Below are positions 40,936 through 52,727 of a stretch of 64,000 nucleotides of DNA, piece after piece. The stretch is from an uncultured Veillonellaceae bacterium. Its GTDB lineage: Bacteria; Bacillota; Negativicutes; JARBTT01. A model generated the notes under the pieces. That model was not told where the DNA came from. It ran no database searches and saw nothing but the letters and a program-made list of their open reading frames with translations. The translations under genes and the position numbers were made by a program. The stretch is from contig CAWDTA010000005.1 of the NCBI GenBank assembly GCA_963805085.1, positions 288,001 to 352,000 on the forward strand, in the 5' to 3' direction. Each line of letters starts with the position of its first letter. Positions within the stretch are counted from its first letter, which is position 1.

Positions 40936-42237
40936 ATGAGGTTTCGATTTTTAAAAAAACAATCATTTTTTCTGTTGATAGCATTATCTTTTTGTCAAAA
41001 TGCGTCGGCAGAATTTAATTTGTCATTAGATAATAGTGTTATACTTGCACTGAAAAATGATCCATTTTTACAGGCCGTAGAGGCACAAAAGGAACAGGCT
41101 GTTTGGGGTGTAAAAGAGGCAAAGAGCAACAAGGGAATATCTCTTGATTATCAGCATACTGACATGCGATCGACAGCACCGCACACCTGGCAAGCAACAC
41201 TGGAAGCAGTTTCGCCGTATAATTACTATAGCAATGAATTATCCGCGAATATTCCTCTGTATACTGGTGGACGGATTGAAAGCACAATCGATCAGGCGAA
41301 ACTATCACTTAATGCATCTGAACTTGAAATTGATGCAACAAAACAAAAGCTTAAACTTGAAACTGACTTGAAATATTATGAGGCATTAAAAGCGAAAACC
41401 GTTTTGGATATAGCTCATCAAATGGTAGATAATTTTAACCAGCATCTAAATAATGTACAGCAAATGTATAAGGTCGGAGTAGTGCCATGGCATGATGTAG
41501 TACAGACGAAAGTACGTATGGCGAATGCGGAAAATAATCTGGTCAAGGCACAGAGTGACTATGATTTATCCATTCGCAGCCTGAATAAAACAATGGGATT
41601 GCCGCTTGATACGGATATTAAGTTGCTTGATGTGCTTGGATATCAAAAATATGATTTAAATTTAGAAGAAATGACAGCAGAAGGATTAGAAAATCGCCCC
41701 GAAATGGCACAACAGGAAATTGCAGTCAAAATTCAGGAAAAGCAGATGAATATTGCTAGAAGTGCACAACGTCCGGATGTGCGCATAAGGGGAACTATGG
41801 CTTGGGATGATGATGATTTTGCTGGAACAGATAACCGAGATTGGACTGCCATGCTGACACTAAAACAGAATATTTTTGATTCTGGCAATACAGATGCAAA
41901 AATCAAGGCAGCAAAATCAGGTATTGTTTCTGCACAAAATATACAGCAACAAACAAGAGACAATATTGCTTTAGAAATTAGTGAAGCCTGTTTAAATATG
42001 AGGAAAGCCGAAAAGCGAATTACAACGAATAAGGTTGCAATTGAAGAAGCAAATGTAAATTTAGATATTTCTCAGAAAAGCTATAGCGCAGGGATTGATA
42101 CTAATTTAGATGTCATGGATGCCGAGCTCGCACTTGATCAGGCGAAGACAAATTATATAGATTCGCTATATGATTATAATGCAAATAAAGCAAAACTTGA
42201 TAGAGCTGTTGGCAAAAAGGTGGAAATAGAAGACTAA
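40936..42237 (+). CDS. TolC-family outer membrane channel
   Basis: Signal peptide ending ASA, IPLYTGG and IFDSG; OEP repeats. Confidence 0.9.
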   Translation: MRFRFLKKQSFFLLIALSFCQNASAEFNLSLDNSVILALKNDPFLQAVEAQKEQAVWGVKEAKSNKGISLDYQHTDMRSTAPHTWQATLEAVSPYNYYSNELSANIPLYTGGRIESTIDQAKLSLNASELEIDATKQKLKLETDLKYYEALKAKTVLDIAHQMVDNFNQHLNNVQQMYKVGVVPWHDVVQTKVRMANAENNLVKAQSDYDLSIRSLNKTMGLPLDTDIKLLDVLGYQKYDLNLEEMTAEGLENRPEMAQQEIAVKIQEKQMNIARSAQRPDVRIRGTMAWDDDDFAGTDNRDWTAMLTLKQNIFDSGNTDAKIKAAKSGIVSAQNIQQQTRDNIALEISEACLNMRKAEKRITTNKVAIEEANVNLDISQKSYSAGIDTNLDVMDAELALDQAKTNYIDSLYDYNANKAKLDRAVGKKVEIED

Positions 42238-42339
42238 GAAAAATACGATGGTATGACGAAGAATGATTTTGTTTTGTTCAAACGAAATAGGTAATAAAAA
42301 TAGTCATGAAAAGATGAAAGACATTGATTCCGTGTGCGC

Positions 42340-42560
42340 CGGTGCCCCGAAGTCGACAGTGCTAAAGCATGTCATAGACGGCATGTTCCAATGCTCTCCA
42401 ACTTCCGCAATTGAGCTAAGTTCCCGTATGATTGCGATGAGCAATGCAACGGATAACACCGAAGAACTCATTCAGAAATTAGACTTGCATTATAATAAAG
42501 TGCGTCAGGCAAACATTATCCGCGAGATCAATCGTAGGTGGTGTGGAAGCCTTGAAGTAA
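42340..42560 (+). pseudogene. atpG: ATP synthase gamma subunit C-terminal remnant
   Basis: [38 protein letters not shown]. Confidence 0.85.
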
Positions 42561-42575
42561 GGTGGTTCTCTTATA

Positions 42576-43145
<570 letters not shown>

Positions 43146-43288
43146 GAACTCTCTATCTTTTAATTCTCTATTAAAAAAGTCATTAAGCTTCATTTTGTAT
43201 CCCCCTTTCACAATCTAATCTATAAGACTGCGCCTCTCAATTTATTGATTCCCAAAATTAACTTTCGGGAAAGAAGGTCACTATTTTT

Positions 43289-43723
43289 ATGGAATATATT
43301 GATCGCAAAGAACTTTCCACTAAACTTATTAATTATCTTGTTTCCATTCAGCTTAATTTTTTTTTGAGAATAGACGTTCCGTTAGTAGCGAATCAGTGGA
43401 TAACGTTAAATATTTTATATTTTGATGGACCATTAACATCCACAGAATTAGGCAGTCGTTTATCTATTTCCAAGCAGCAAGTATTTCAAATTATTAATAA
43501 ATTATATAAAGATGGTTATGTTAATCGTCAAACAACTCTTGAGGATCGACGCTGCAAAAATATTATGCTAACCGAAAAAGGCAACAAAATACTTATGAAT
43601 GGAAAAAACGCATTAAATTTCATGATCGAGAAAAACACTGATATTTTAACAGATTTGGAAATTGTTGATTTTAGCAAAGCAATCGAAGTGTTAGTACCTT
43701 TGTTTGAGAAAATATATGATTGA
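43289..43723 (+). CDS. MarR-family regulator
   Basis: LTSTELGSRLSISKQ..INKL..GYV.R...DRR...LTEKG. Confidence 0.85.
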   Translation: MEYIDRKELSTKLINYLVSIQLNFFLRIDVPLVANQWITLNILYFDGPLTSTELGSRLSISKQQVFQIINKLYKDGYVNRQTTLEDRRCKNIMLTEKGNKILMNGKNALNFMIEKNTDILTDLEIVDFSKAIEVLVPLFEKIYD

Positions 43724-43965
43724 TAGGCGAATTATTAAATATATAAATTGAATTTTTAATCAGGCCAACAAGCTGAATACAAAATTCTTATAAAAATTCG
43801 ATTTTTTAGCATCTTTGCACGCCTTCGTTTGTCCATTTCTAATAAAAGTTCTTTTACAGGTCTGCCCATTATCTTGTTCATAGAATTCAACTTCCCACAT
43901 ATTAGCTTGACCTTTGTAAGCGATTAATTGTATATTACGGAGGAAAATGGCCCTGTCAGCATTTT

Positions 43966-44260
43966 TGAACTGACCCAGAAGCAACGTACAGAAAATAACC
44001 CCCTCAGAAGTAGAATAACTTGAAATTACGCAAACTGGCATCGTTTTTTATACGGTGTCAGTTTTATTTTTAATTCAATACGTTCAAAATTATAAAAGTA
44101 GATATATTCATCGATAAGGTTTTTGGATTCATCGATCGTTTTTGGGAGTACTCTTGAAATGCATTCTGTCTTTAAAATACTAAAAAAATTTTCGACTAAT
44201 GCATTATTGTAACAGTTTCCCTGTCTTGACATCGATGGTGTAATACTATATTCTTTAGTC
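43966..44260 (-). mobile_element. IS3/IS150-family remnant (OrfB C-terminus and right end)
   Basis: MSRQGNCYNNALVENFFSILKTE...YIYFYNFERI; terminal TGAACTGACCC. Confidence 0.8.
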
Positions 44261-44572
44261 GATTATACCAGCCCTATATTTCAGAAATTGGTTAAAAAAG
44301 TTGGATTGGGTCAGTCTATGTCAAGGAGAGGAATTTGATGGGATAATGCACCACAGAAATTTTTCTTTGGTCATTTTAAAGATGAAGCTTATATAAAAAA
44401 ATGTGATACGTTAGAACAGTTAAAAAATGAAATAAAGCAATACATGATTTACTACAATGATTATAGATACCAATGGAATTTAAAAAAGATGACTCCTGTT
44501 CAGTACAGGAATCATCTTCTTAATATTGCATAGGCTCTTTTTCAAATTGTCCTTGAAAGGGGGACCACTTTA
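44261..44572 (+). mobile_element. second IS3-family remnant (OrfB C-terminus and right end)
   Basis: YTSPIFQKLVKK.GLGQSMSRRG..WDNAPQ..FFGHFKDE...YYN.YRYQWNLKKMTPVQYR, frameshifted. Confidence 0.8.
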
Positions 44573-44961
44573 TTTAACCTTAGAGGGTATTTTGCTTTTT
44601 ATAGGATGGGGGCAACTCTTGATAATGCGATGAACAGTCAAGGTAAATTGGTAAAATAAGTAAAAATATAAGACGAAAAAAGCTTCTGAAAACTTCGGAA
44701 GCCTTGAATTATCTATATTGATGTGATGCTTGCAAACTTTTTTTAGAATGAGTTAAAATCAGGTCTAACAACGTCGTTAGACCTGATTTTCATATAGTGC
44801 ATTATTAAAATTCCCGTTAAGAGAAAGATAATCATTAATATTGCTAGATGATTGCATAATTCACCTGTATTACAACCAACCGTATGCCATTTGCTGAAAT
44901 CATAACTAAGCTGCAGCCTAGCGATATGTTGAATATAACTTCGCAAGGATTCTTTGTTTAT

Positions 44962-46710
44962 TTATTTTATCCATAAGCTTTCGTTATGAAAATGCTGATC
45001 AAATTCTTTACTGAACCATCGGCCGTTCAGCATGTTTTTGATGAGTATAGTTTTCTCTTCTGGCAAAAGGGTTTGATCGGCCTCGATTTCCCGGAGAATT
45101 TCATCATAGGAGGTGCGATCATAAGACATGGCAATTTCTGCTTTGTCTTTATTGGCATCGAAAATCAGTTGGCTGGGGCCTTTTTTCGCGGACTTCCAAG
45201 CGTTCCAATTTGTGAGTCCTTTGCCGTTTGGATTTCCTGTCCAGAGAAAATTTGCGATATAAGATTGGAAGTTTTTTGTGAGTTCGTGGGCGCCGTTGTT
45301 CTCGAAGGCTTGTGGATAAGCTGAACGGGGACCGATTGGTTCATCTGTCAGAAACGGCAGGAAAATTCCATGTGTTGCACCGACGAGTTCGGCCATTTCA
45401 TCACCGACGATGGATTCATTATTTCCCCATTTAATCATACAGGTATAGATGGGGGCATGATAATTTTCGATCATCTTGACGGCCGATTCTTCAGCATTGA
45501 AGAGCCCGTAGAATTTGCTGCCGTATTTGATGGAAAACGCAAGTTCTTTATGCGTCTGCGAATCAGAAAGTAAGGTGTGATTTTTCTGGGCAAGATTAAA
45601 ATAGGGGTCGCTGACAGAAAAGGCAGAAAATTCATTTGATCCGGTAAGCATAATGACTGGAACATCGTTATAGGAAGCTCCGTCAAAACCTTGTTTTGGC
45701 AAAACAGTTCCGTCTTTATAGAGATGGGGGAACCCGCTCATGCGTATGCGGGCGTTACCGAAGGTGGCAGCCAGGCGGTCTGCGGAAAGTCCGTAGAGGT
45801 AATTACGGACATCTGCATTATCCTGCAAAAGCCAGTGATAACCTTCTTCTTCTGATGGGGCGATGCCGTCTTCTACAACTAAGCAAGATAGGGCTTTGGC
45901 GATGATTTTGCTGCTGTCCTGCGGGTCAGACATAGTCATGCCGCCGCTGAAGGAAATGGCTTTTTGATATTTTCCTTTGAAGATTGGAGAGGCCAGCATT
46001 GCCATGACATCACGCCCGCCAGCGGAAAATCCAGAAATGGTTATATTCTGAGGATTACCGCCGAAGGATGCGGCATTTTCTTTGATCCAGTCCAGTGCCT
46101 GGGAAAAGTCAAGTAAGGTGTAATTGCCTGAGTCCTCTAACGGATTTCCGGTTTTTAATGCAGGAAGGCTGTTGAAACCCATAAGACCTAATCGATAATT
46201 CAGTGTAATGACAATGCTGTTTGTGTTGATCGCTAGTTTCTGAGGCGCAAGTTCTTCACTTGTACCGGTTTGATTGTTTCCACCGTGAATATAGACGAGA
46301 ACTGGCAGATTGATTACAGTTGAATCAGGACGGAAAATACTTAGGTTCAGGCAATCTTCACTGCCTTTGATTGCGTCTTTTGTTCCTTGTATGCCGATAT
46401 TTCCGGTTTTTATTGCAGAGAAGACACCTGACCAGGCATCAGGCTTTTGCGGAGCTTTCCAGCGTAGTTCTCCAACGGGTGGCTTGGCATAAGGAAGTCC
46501 TTGCCAGCTGAGGATGCCTTCGGAACGAAGACCGCTGACCATACCATAGGTGGTGTGCTGAAGTACACCTTGATGATAGGCGGGGGAAGCAGCCGTTTCT
46601 TGTTGAATTTGTGCTGCAACTGCCTGCGGTGGCATGACAAACGGCAAGAATAGAGCAAACGCCAAAATTGCTGAAAGTAACACGCGGGATAATTTTTGGT
46701 ATATTTGCAT
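44962..46710 (-). CDS. secreted carboxylesterase type B (para-nitrobenzyl esterase-like)
   Basis: Signal peptide; GLPYAKPPVGELRWKAP, SEDCLNL, HGG and GFSAGG nucleophile motif. Confidence 0.92.
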   Translation of the reverse strand: MQIYQKLSRVLLSAILAFALFLPFVMPPQAVAAQIQQETAASPAYHQGVLQHTTYGMVSGLRSEGILSWQGLPYAKPPVGELRWKAPQKPDAWSGVFSAIKTGNIGIQGTKDAIKGSEDCLNLSIFRPDSTVINLPVLVYIHGGNNQTGTSEELAPQKLAINTNSIVITLNYRLGLMGFNSLPALKTGNPLEDSGNYTLLDFSQALDWIKENAASFGGNPQNITISGFSAGGRDVMAMLASPIFKGKYQKAISFSGGMTMSDPQDSSKIIAKALSCLVVEDGIAPSEEEGYHWLLQDNADVRNYLYGLSADRLAATFGNARIRMSGFPHLYKDGTVLPKQGFDGASYNDVPVIMLTGSNEFSAFSVSDPYFNLAQKNHTLLSDSQTHKELAFSIKYGSKFYGLFNAEESAVKMIENYHAPIYTCMIKWGNNESIVGDEMAELVGATHGIFLPFLTDEPIGPRSAYPQAFENNGAHELTKNFQSYIANFLWTGNPNGKGLTNWNAWKSAKKGPSQLIFDANKDKAEIAMSYDRTSYDEILREIEADQTLLPEEKTILIKNMLNGRWFSKEFDQHFHNESLWIK

Positions 46711-47002
46711 AAGAAAACACCTCGCTTTTCATTTTACCTGGCAATATCCATATATTATGAATAATCATAATATTTCGCATACCGTGTGAATTTATGATAT
46801 ACTATAAAAGATAAATTATAAAGGAATTGGTAATTGATGCGGATTGGGCTATTTGGTATTGATATTGCTAGCAGGTTACCTATAGTATAGCATGGCGACA
46901 GGGAGTCGTATTTTGCTATTTGAGCGGAAAAATCGACTTTTTTTAAGTTTTTTTATTGAGGTGAAAATATTGGAAGGCAGATGCAATCAGGAAGATTCTC
47001 TT

Positions 47003-48034
47003 ATGGAGTATACAGAGAGGGAATTTCTTTATCGTGAGTACCATCGCTTAGCACAGCAAAATGATAAATACAAAATAAGGCAGCTGTTGAGCGCATTACC
47101 TCCGCAGTATATTGAACGGAACCGTATAATCTTGCCGGAAATTTCTTCGCCGCGCTTTCGGATAGAAGGCGGCACGATCATTCAAAATGAATTGTTGCAA
47201 TGGGCAGGTTCTCAGCCGGATATCCTTATGGAAAAGCATCCGCGCTATCTGCCGGAGTTCATCCATGGACATGCTTATGTTGAACTCATGTATCTTTATC
47301 GAGGGCAGTGTAGGAACAGGTTTTCTCATACGGTAATGTCGATGCAGGAGGGAGATGTTTGTATCATCGCACCACGGGTAAAGCATGGGGTAAGCATTTT
47401 TGATGATAGTATTCTAATCAATGTACAAATTAAACCGCAGGCAATTGCTAGGCTTTTCACCGATATTTCTGAGGAACAAAATCCATTGCTGTTATTTTTC
47501 CAGCGAATTTTGCAGGGCGAAAAACAATTCCCATATTTGTTCGTACGCACAGGAACATCTCCCAACTTGCGGGGAAAAATTAGCGATGCATTCGGTGAAT
47601 ACTGTAGTGAAAAGCCTTATGGGCGAAAGATAGCGGTGATGTATCTGCAGTTGTTTTTTGCGTTGATGATACGAGAGTATAGCAGCATAATGGTGGTTGG
47701 GGCGGAAGAAAAGAGTAATGCGCATAAAATCGGGTTGATTCTCGACTATATCCAAAAGCATTCTCGTGAAATTGATCTACAGAGTTTAGCAGGAAATTTC
47801 CATTATACACCGCAGTATATGAGCAAAATTATCCGCGAGTATACGGGGGTGCCGTTTAGCTGCCTGGTTAGGCGCCTTCGCTTGGAGCAGGCAGCATATC
47901 TTCTGCGCTGTAGCGAAAAAGCAATTCCAGTGATTGCCCGAGAGGTTGGATACAGAGATACGGATCATTTTATTCGCTTATTTAAGGCGCAATATCAGTA
48001 TACACCGCTGAAATACCGGCAGAGTCATCAATAA
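47003..48034 (+). CDS. AraC-family regulator with cupin sensor domain
   Basis: HGHAYVELMY cupin and C-terminal IAREVGYRDTDHFIRLFK..TPLKYR; divergent from the esterase. Confidence 0.88.
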   Translation: MEYTEREFLYREYHRLAQQNDKYKIRQLLSALPPQYIERNRIILPEISSPRFRIEGGTIIQNELLQWAGSQPDILMEKHPRYLPEFIHGHAYVELMYLYRGQCRNRFSHTVMSMQEGDVCIIAPRVKHGVSIFDDSILINVQIKPQAIARLFTDISEEQNPLLLFFQRILQGEKQFPYLFVRTGTSPNLRGKISDAFGEYCSEKPYGRKIAVMYLQLFFALMIREYSSIMVVGAEEKSNAHKIGLILDYIQKHSREIDLQSLAGNFHYTPQYMSKIIREYTGVPFSCLVRRLRLEQAAYLLRCSEKAIPVIAREVGYRDTDHFIRLFKAQYQYTPLKYRQSHQ

Positions 48035-48039
48035 AGTTC

Positions 48040-48250
48040 AGGCAAGGTTTATCTCATGAATATGTATACAAAACCTGAGTATAGAAGAAGAGATATTGCT
48101 AGTAAGACATTAGATTTATTGATTTAAGAAGCAATAGGTCGGGTTATCAAGAAAATATCGCTAGAGCCACAGAAATAGGGAGACTAGTATATGAAAAATA
48201 CCGATTTGTTAGTATGAAAGATGAAATAGAATATCCGTTATTTGCTTAAT
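48040..48250 (+). pseudogene. GNAT acetyltransferase remnant
   Basis: YLMNMYTKPEYRRRDIA..LDLL*...YEKY.F with stops. Confidence 0.6.
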
Positions 48251-48556
48251 CAATCCTTTGTCTAACACTTTTTAGAAATGTAGCATTCCATGGTATTATG
48301 GAGACAGTAGCATCCGTTAAAGTAGACAGTTTTGATTATACCTATGAATACGTAGAAAAAGATGTTAATGAAGTGCTTGATTTACTTGGTCTTTTATATA
48401 AGTTTATAAATCCCGGCGACAGAGTATTATTAAAACTGTATAAAAGCATCCACCAACATTGAATAAGTCAAGGAAAAGATGAAGGTAATATCAGATAAAA
48501 AACTGCTTTGCCTATTGTAATATTTTATACGATTGATGAAAAATCTTAAATTACGC

Positions 48557-48605
48557 CCTCCAGAGCCAGCCAGGGGCGTAGGTTCGATTCCTACCAGGCA
48601 CACCA
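48557..48605 (+). repeat. third, degenerate copy of the tRNA-Arg 3' end (att remnant)
   Basis: cctccagagccagccaggggcgtaggttcgattcctaccaggcacacca (4-bp duplication, 2 substitutions), followed by ~140 bp homologous to 9580-9740. Confidence 0.85.
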
Positions 48606-49339
48606 TAAGAAATTGAATAAAATTAAGCCCTCTAAGGTTAATACCTTAGAGGGCTTAATTTTATAGGATAGTGGGAAATACATAAAAAACGCATTGATAT
48701 TATTAATATTAGCGGGGCTTTAAAGGAATAGATAGAAAAATTCATTTGTTTTTTCTAGAGGGCCCAATGCTTTATTTGTAAATATAGTTTGCTCATTACG
48801 AATAGTACGTATAAGTGTTTTGATGCTTTTAAAAGCGCTCAAACCTTTTGATTTTAAAGGGATTGTGCACCTTGAGGTTTTGCTTAGAGTGATAAAAACA
48901 CTTGCTCCGTCCAGCCCGGTACGGAAAATAAAAGTACGGCTGCAAAGGCAAATGGAGTACAAAGCCGCAGCAACCAAGAACGGGCTTTGCCGTATTTTGA
49001 CTTGTGGCCCCATAGCCAGATCTGAAATACCGTATAAAAGGCGGTATACCAGCATGATGGTACCGACGGCGGCAGCACTTACGCCGATATAGTCAGTATA
49101 TTGCCATAGGAGGTGGAGCTATTGGGTGTTTGTTAACGGGGTTCGTGCACACTCACTGTCAAATGGATTTTTACTGTCTTGCTAGTCTTGTTTGGAACCT
49201 TTTTCTAGGACCATGGCTAACGAATTGATGTAGCTATCAATAACTATGATGCATTGGGCTAGAGACTAATGCATACTAGTTATTGATAGCTGGCAATAAC
49301 TATGATGTTTTTTAATTAATTGATTAATTTGGAGGTGTT

Positions 49340-49580
49340 AGTGTAGAGAAGGATGATCAGACCAGGCTGATGGAAATTACGGCGCGTTGTTTGCACAAAA
49401 ACGCCTTGCGACCGTATCTATAAGAGAATTGGCGCAGTCTGTATTTGCTGCGGACCAAGTGGCGGCAGAGAAAGCCAAGTGGCAGCTTACGGATTTGGAG
49501 AAGGGGCTACGATAACAGGAACGCAGCAGGCCGAAGCTTTGCTGGCGGTGGATCTATATGTATGTGAGCATTGAGTGAGG
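49340..49580 (+). pseudogene. TetR N-terminal remnant joined to other fragments
   Basis: RLMEIT..LFAQK..ATVSIRELAQ across a frameshift. Confidence 0.4.
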
Positions 49581-49593
49581 AGGAAAGGCAGAA

Positions 49594-51006
49594 ATGGGAA
49601 GAAGAATAAAAGAGGCAATGCCTGATTTTTTGGAACTCGGTGAGGCTATGAAATTAACTCGGGAACAAAATCGAGAGAATCACCGTCAATTTATAAATCC
49701 GGAATTAGTAAATATGATGGCGTTTCTAAATTTTGATAAGTGTTTTGTTAGAGCGGAGGGTACCTCCGTATGGGACAACGAAGGGAATGAATACTTGGAT
49801 TTTTTGGGAGGTTATGGGGCTCTGAACTTGGGTCATAATCATCCCGAGATCATTGCCGCAGTAGAGTCGGTAAAATCGCCGAATCTGCTACAAGCCGCCC
49901 TCAATCCGTTAGCAGGGGCTTTAGCCAGAGATCTGGCACTATTCACGCCAGGCAAATTGCAATATTCATTTTTGGGCAATAGTGGAGCGGAAGCGGTGGA
50001 AGGGGCCTTGAAACTGGCACGAGCTTCTAGTGGAAAAATGAAAATTGTTTCTTGTGAGGGTGCTTTTCATGGTAAGTCTTTTGGAGCCTTGTCAGTTACA
50101 GGGCGGGAGAAATATCGAAAGCCTTTTGCTCCTCTGCTGTCAGTAGTAGAATTCGTTCCGTATGGAGATAGTGCGGCTCTTGAAAAATCTTTAGCCAAGG
50201 AAGATGTGTCAGCTTTCATTGTGGAACCTATCCAGGGAGAGGGCGGTGTCATTGTGCCGCCGGAAGGATATTTGAAAAAAGTCAGGGATATTTGTACAGA
50301 ACATAATGCGCTGCTTATTGTTGATGAAATTCAGACAGGTTTTGGACGTACTGGTAAAATGTTTGCTTGTGAACACGAAGGGGTTGTTCCCGATATTATG
50401 TGCATATCCAAATCTTTTGGAGGTGGGGTAATGCCGCTGGCAGCCTATATAGCTATCGAAAAGGTTTGGAAACGCGCTTATGGCAGCATGGAAAAGGCGA
50501 CTCTACATACGTCTACTTTTGGCGGAAATTCTCGGGCGGCAGCGGCTGGAATTGCTACTTTAGAGATCATTTACCGAGAGGATCTATCACATCAAGCGGC
50601 AGAGAAGGGCGAATATCTCTTGGAAAGATTACGGCAGTTGCAGGAAAAATATCCGTTTTTGCAAGAAGTCCGCGGGCGAGGGCTTATGATTGGCCTTGAG
50701 TTTAGCCAGCCGAAACAGGAGGGGTTTTTTAACAAGCTGACTGGAGGCGTTGTGGGAAAATTAGCTGACGAATATCTGGGAGCAATGGTATCAGGAGAGC
50801 TTTTGAATAAACATCAGATTATTACTGCATATACTTTAAATAATCCTAATGTTATTCGCCTAGAACCGCCGCTTATCGTATCTTATGAGGAACTTGACAA
50901 ATTGCTTGTGGCTTTGGATGAAATTTTTGCTAAGAACAAGGGGTTTGGCGATATGGTGATATCCAGCAGTAAAACTATATTGGCCTCTTTGGCTAAAAAA
51001 ATATAA
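49594..51006 (+). CDS. class-III PLP aminotransferase (putrescine/ornithine aminotransferase-like)
   Basis: YLDFLGGYG, NSGAEAVEGALKLAR, FHGKS, EPIQGEGG, DEIQTGFGRTG and SKSFGGG. Confidence 0.9.
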   Translation: MGRRIKEAMPDFLELGEAMKLTREQNRENHRQFINPELVNMMAFLNFDKCFVRAEGTSVWDNEGNEYLDFLGGYGALNLGHNHPEIIAAVESVKSPNLLQAALNPLAGALARDLALFTPGKLQYSFLGNSGAEAVEGALKLARASSGKMKIVSCEGAFHGKSFGALSVTGREKYRKPFAPLLSVVEFVPYGDSAALEKSLAKEDVSAFIVEPIQGEGGVIVPPEGYLKKVRDICTEHNALLIVDEIQTGFGRTGKMFACEHEGVVPDIMCISKSFGGGVMPLAAYIAIEKVWKRAYGSMEKATLHTSTFGGNSRAAAAGIATLEIIYREDLSHQAAEKGEYLLERLRQLQEKYPFLQEVRGRGLMIGLEFSQPKQEGFFNKLTGGVVGKLADEYLGAMVSGELLNKHQIITAYTLNNPNVIRLEPPLIVSYEELDKLLVALDEIFAKNKGFGDMVISSSKTILASLAKKI

Positions 51007-51551
51007 TAGAGTTAATCCCCAATATAGTGTAAATCAGAACAAAAATAGACGTACAAAATTAGAGTAAGATTTCCTCGAAATTTTGTATGCCCTTGTGGTC
51101 TTTTATGCCGTTTTCAGTGAATGCCGATAAGACCCACCTCTTCCACATTGTATTTTATTATGTAGTTTATTCACATTGACCTAGGCCAGCTCATCAAGAA
51201 GCTTTATGATTACCAAAAGGCGGCAGGTAATATTGATGGAAAATTTCGGACTTATTTTGCCAATATCCTTGGTGTATCAGAAACATTCATGCAGCGAAAA
51301 GAGGCAATGTTCGATTCTTACCGAGAAACATAAGAAAATATAAGCCTTCTAGCGATTTTACTAGAAAGTTTTTTGGTATAAAACTTGGCTGGTGAACAGA
51401 TGCCCCATCATGATGGATTAGCTTCTATCATCATCGTTACGGCGGTTATTATCATTCATAAGGACAATAATTGTAAAGCGGTATAGTAAAAAAAGCAAAT
51501 TACAGCTAATAACTGTAATTTGCTTTTTTAGATTAATGTAATAGAATCTTG

Positions 51552-52400
51552 TCATTTTAATTCACCAAACCGCTCCATAAAAGCATCAGGTGGCATGCTT
51601 TTGTATTCAGTAATATATTTTTTAAATAACGCCATATTATCTTTACTCATTATTACACCCATATAAATGCGTGGAATCGTATACTTCGCATCATAATCCA
51701 TTAAACCTAAATCAGATACAGAAAATGCAGCTTCGTATCCTGCTTCTTTAACTGCTTGCAATACATTGCCATTATAATGACCGTATGGATATGCTATAAC
51801 ACGACACTGCTTTCCAGTGAATTCTTCTATGAATTTTTTTGAGTCTTCAAGCTCTTGCTGAATTTCCAATTTTGAATTTTTGTTGAGGTCAGGATGGGTT
51901 ATAGTATGAGATTGAATGGAGAAAAGTGGATTGGCAGCTAATTCTCTTAATTGCTTATCAGTTACATAGGGATATCCTGGTAAAGTTAAATTAATACCTT
52001 CTTTGAAAATAAAGAAGGTAGCATGCATATTATGTTTAACAAGCTCTGGAGCCGCATATTTATAGATGCCTTCATAACCGTCATCAAAAGAAATTAATAT
52101 AGAGTTTGCGGGAAACGGTAGATTGTTGTTAATATAATATAAAAATTCGTCCATTGATAAACTGTAATAGCCCTGTTTAGTCAACCAATCAAGTTGCTTC
52201 GCAAAATCTTTCAATGAAACGTCAAACCCATTTATCGGTGTCGGTTTAATATCATGATACATGAGGATCGGAGGAAAGTAACTTCTGTCTTGTTTAGACT
52301 CCATTTTTGCAACTGAACTTGCTTGAAACATAGTCAATAATATTAATAAAAATACTATTTTAAAATATTTTCTAATCAATACTCCCACTATCCTTTCCAT
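51552..52400 (-). CDS. polysaccharide deacetylase (CE4/IcaB-like)
   Basis: ILMYH, ISFDDGY, QSHTITHP and AYPYG. Confidence 0.9.
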   Translation of the reverse strand: MERIVGVLIRKYFKIVFLLILLTMFQASSVAKMESKQDRSYFPPILMYHDIKPTPINGFDVSLKDFAKQLDWLTKQGYYSLSMDEFLYYINNNLPFPANSILISFDDGYEGIYKYAAPELVKHNMHATFFIFKEGINLTLPGYPYVTDKQLRELAANPLFSIQSHTITHPDLNKNSKLEIQQELEDSKKFIEEFTGKQCRVIAYPYGHYNGNVLQAVKEAGYEAAFSVSDLGLMDYDAKYTIPRIYMGVIMSKDNMALFKKYITEYKSMPPDAFMERFGELK

Positions 52401-52582
52401 TACATTGAATTATACTATATCTTGTAAATCTTATAATCTAAAGTAGTGTAACCCAAAAGCGAAGTTTATGTCAATATATAAATGCTTCTTAGCGATTTCC
52501 CATTTTCTTGCCGCTTTTATAAGGTGATTACGGAAGTCCGTCTATTGCTATTCAAACGCAGCACTCAATGCATAATCCTATG

Positions 52583-52612
52583 TTGACAAACTAACGTCGT
52601 TAGTTTTATAAT
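52583..52612 (+). promoter_or_regulatory. sigma-A promoter with embedded palindromic operator
   Basis: TTGACA...TATAAT (18-bp spacer) with aaactaac-gtc-gttagttt between the hexamers. Confidence 0.7.
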
Positions 52613-52727
52613 TAATTTAATTAGTTTTATATTGCTTTGACAATAACGTTTTAGAAACTATTTGTGAAAGAACGATTTAATTTAGTACTATGGACATCCA
52701 GAATAAATTAGATAACAATGAAAGTCG

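Noticed and set aside
48720-49092. Three overlapping ORFs after the third att
   Set aside because: No RBS or motif support; likely decayed sequence.
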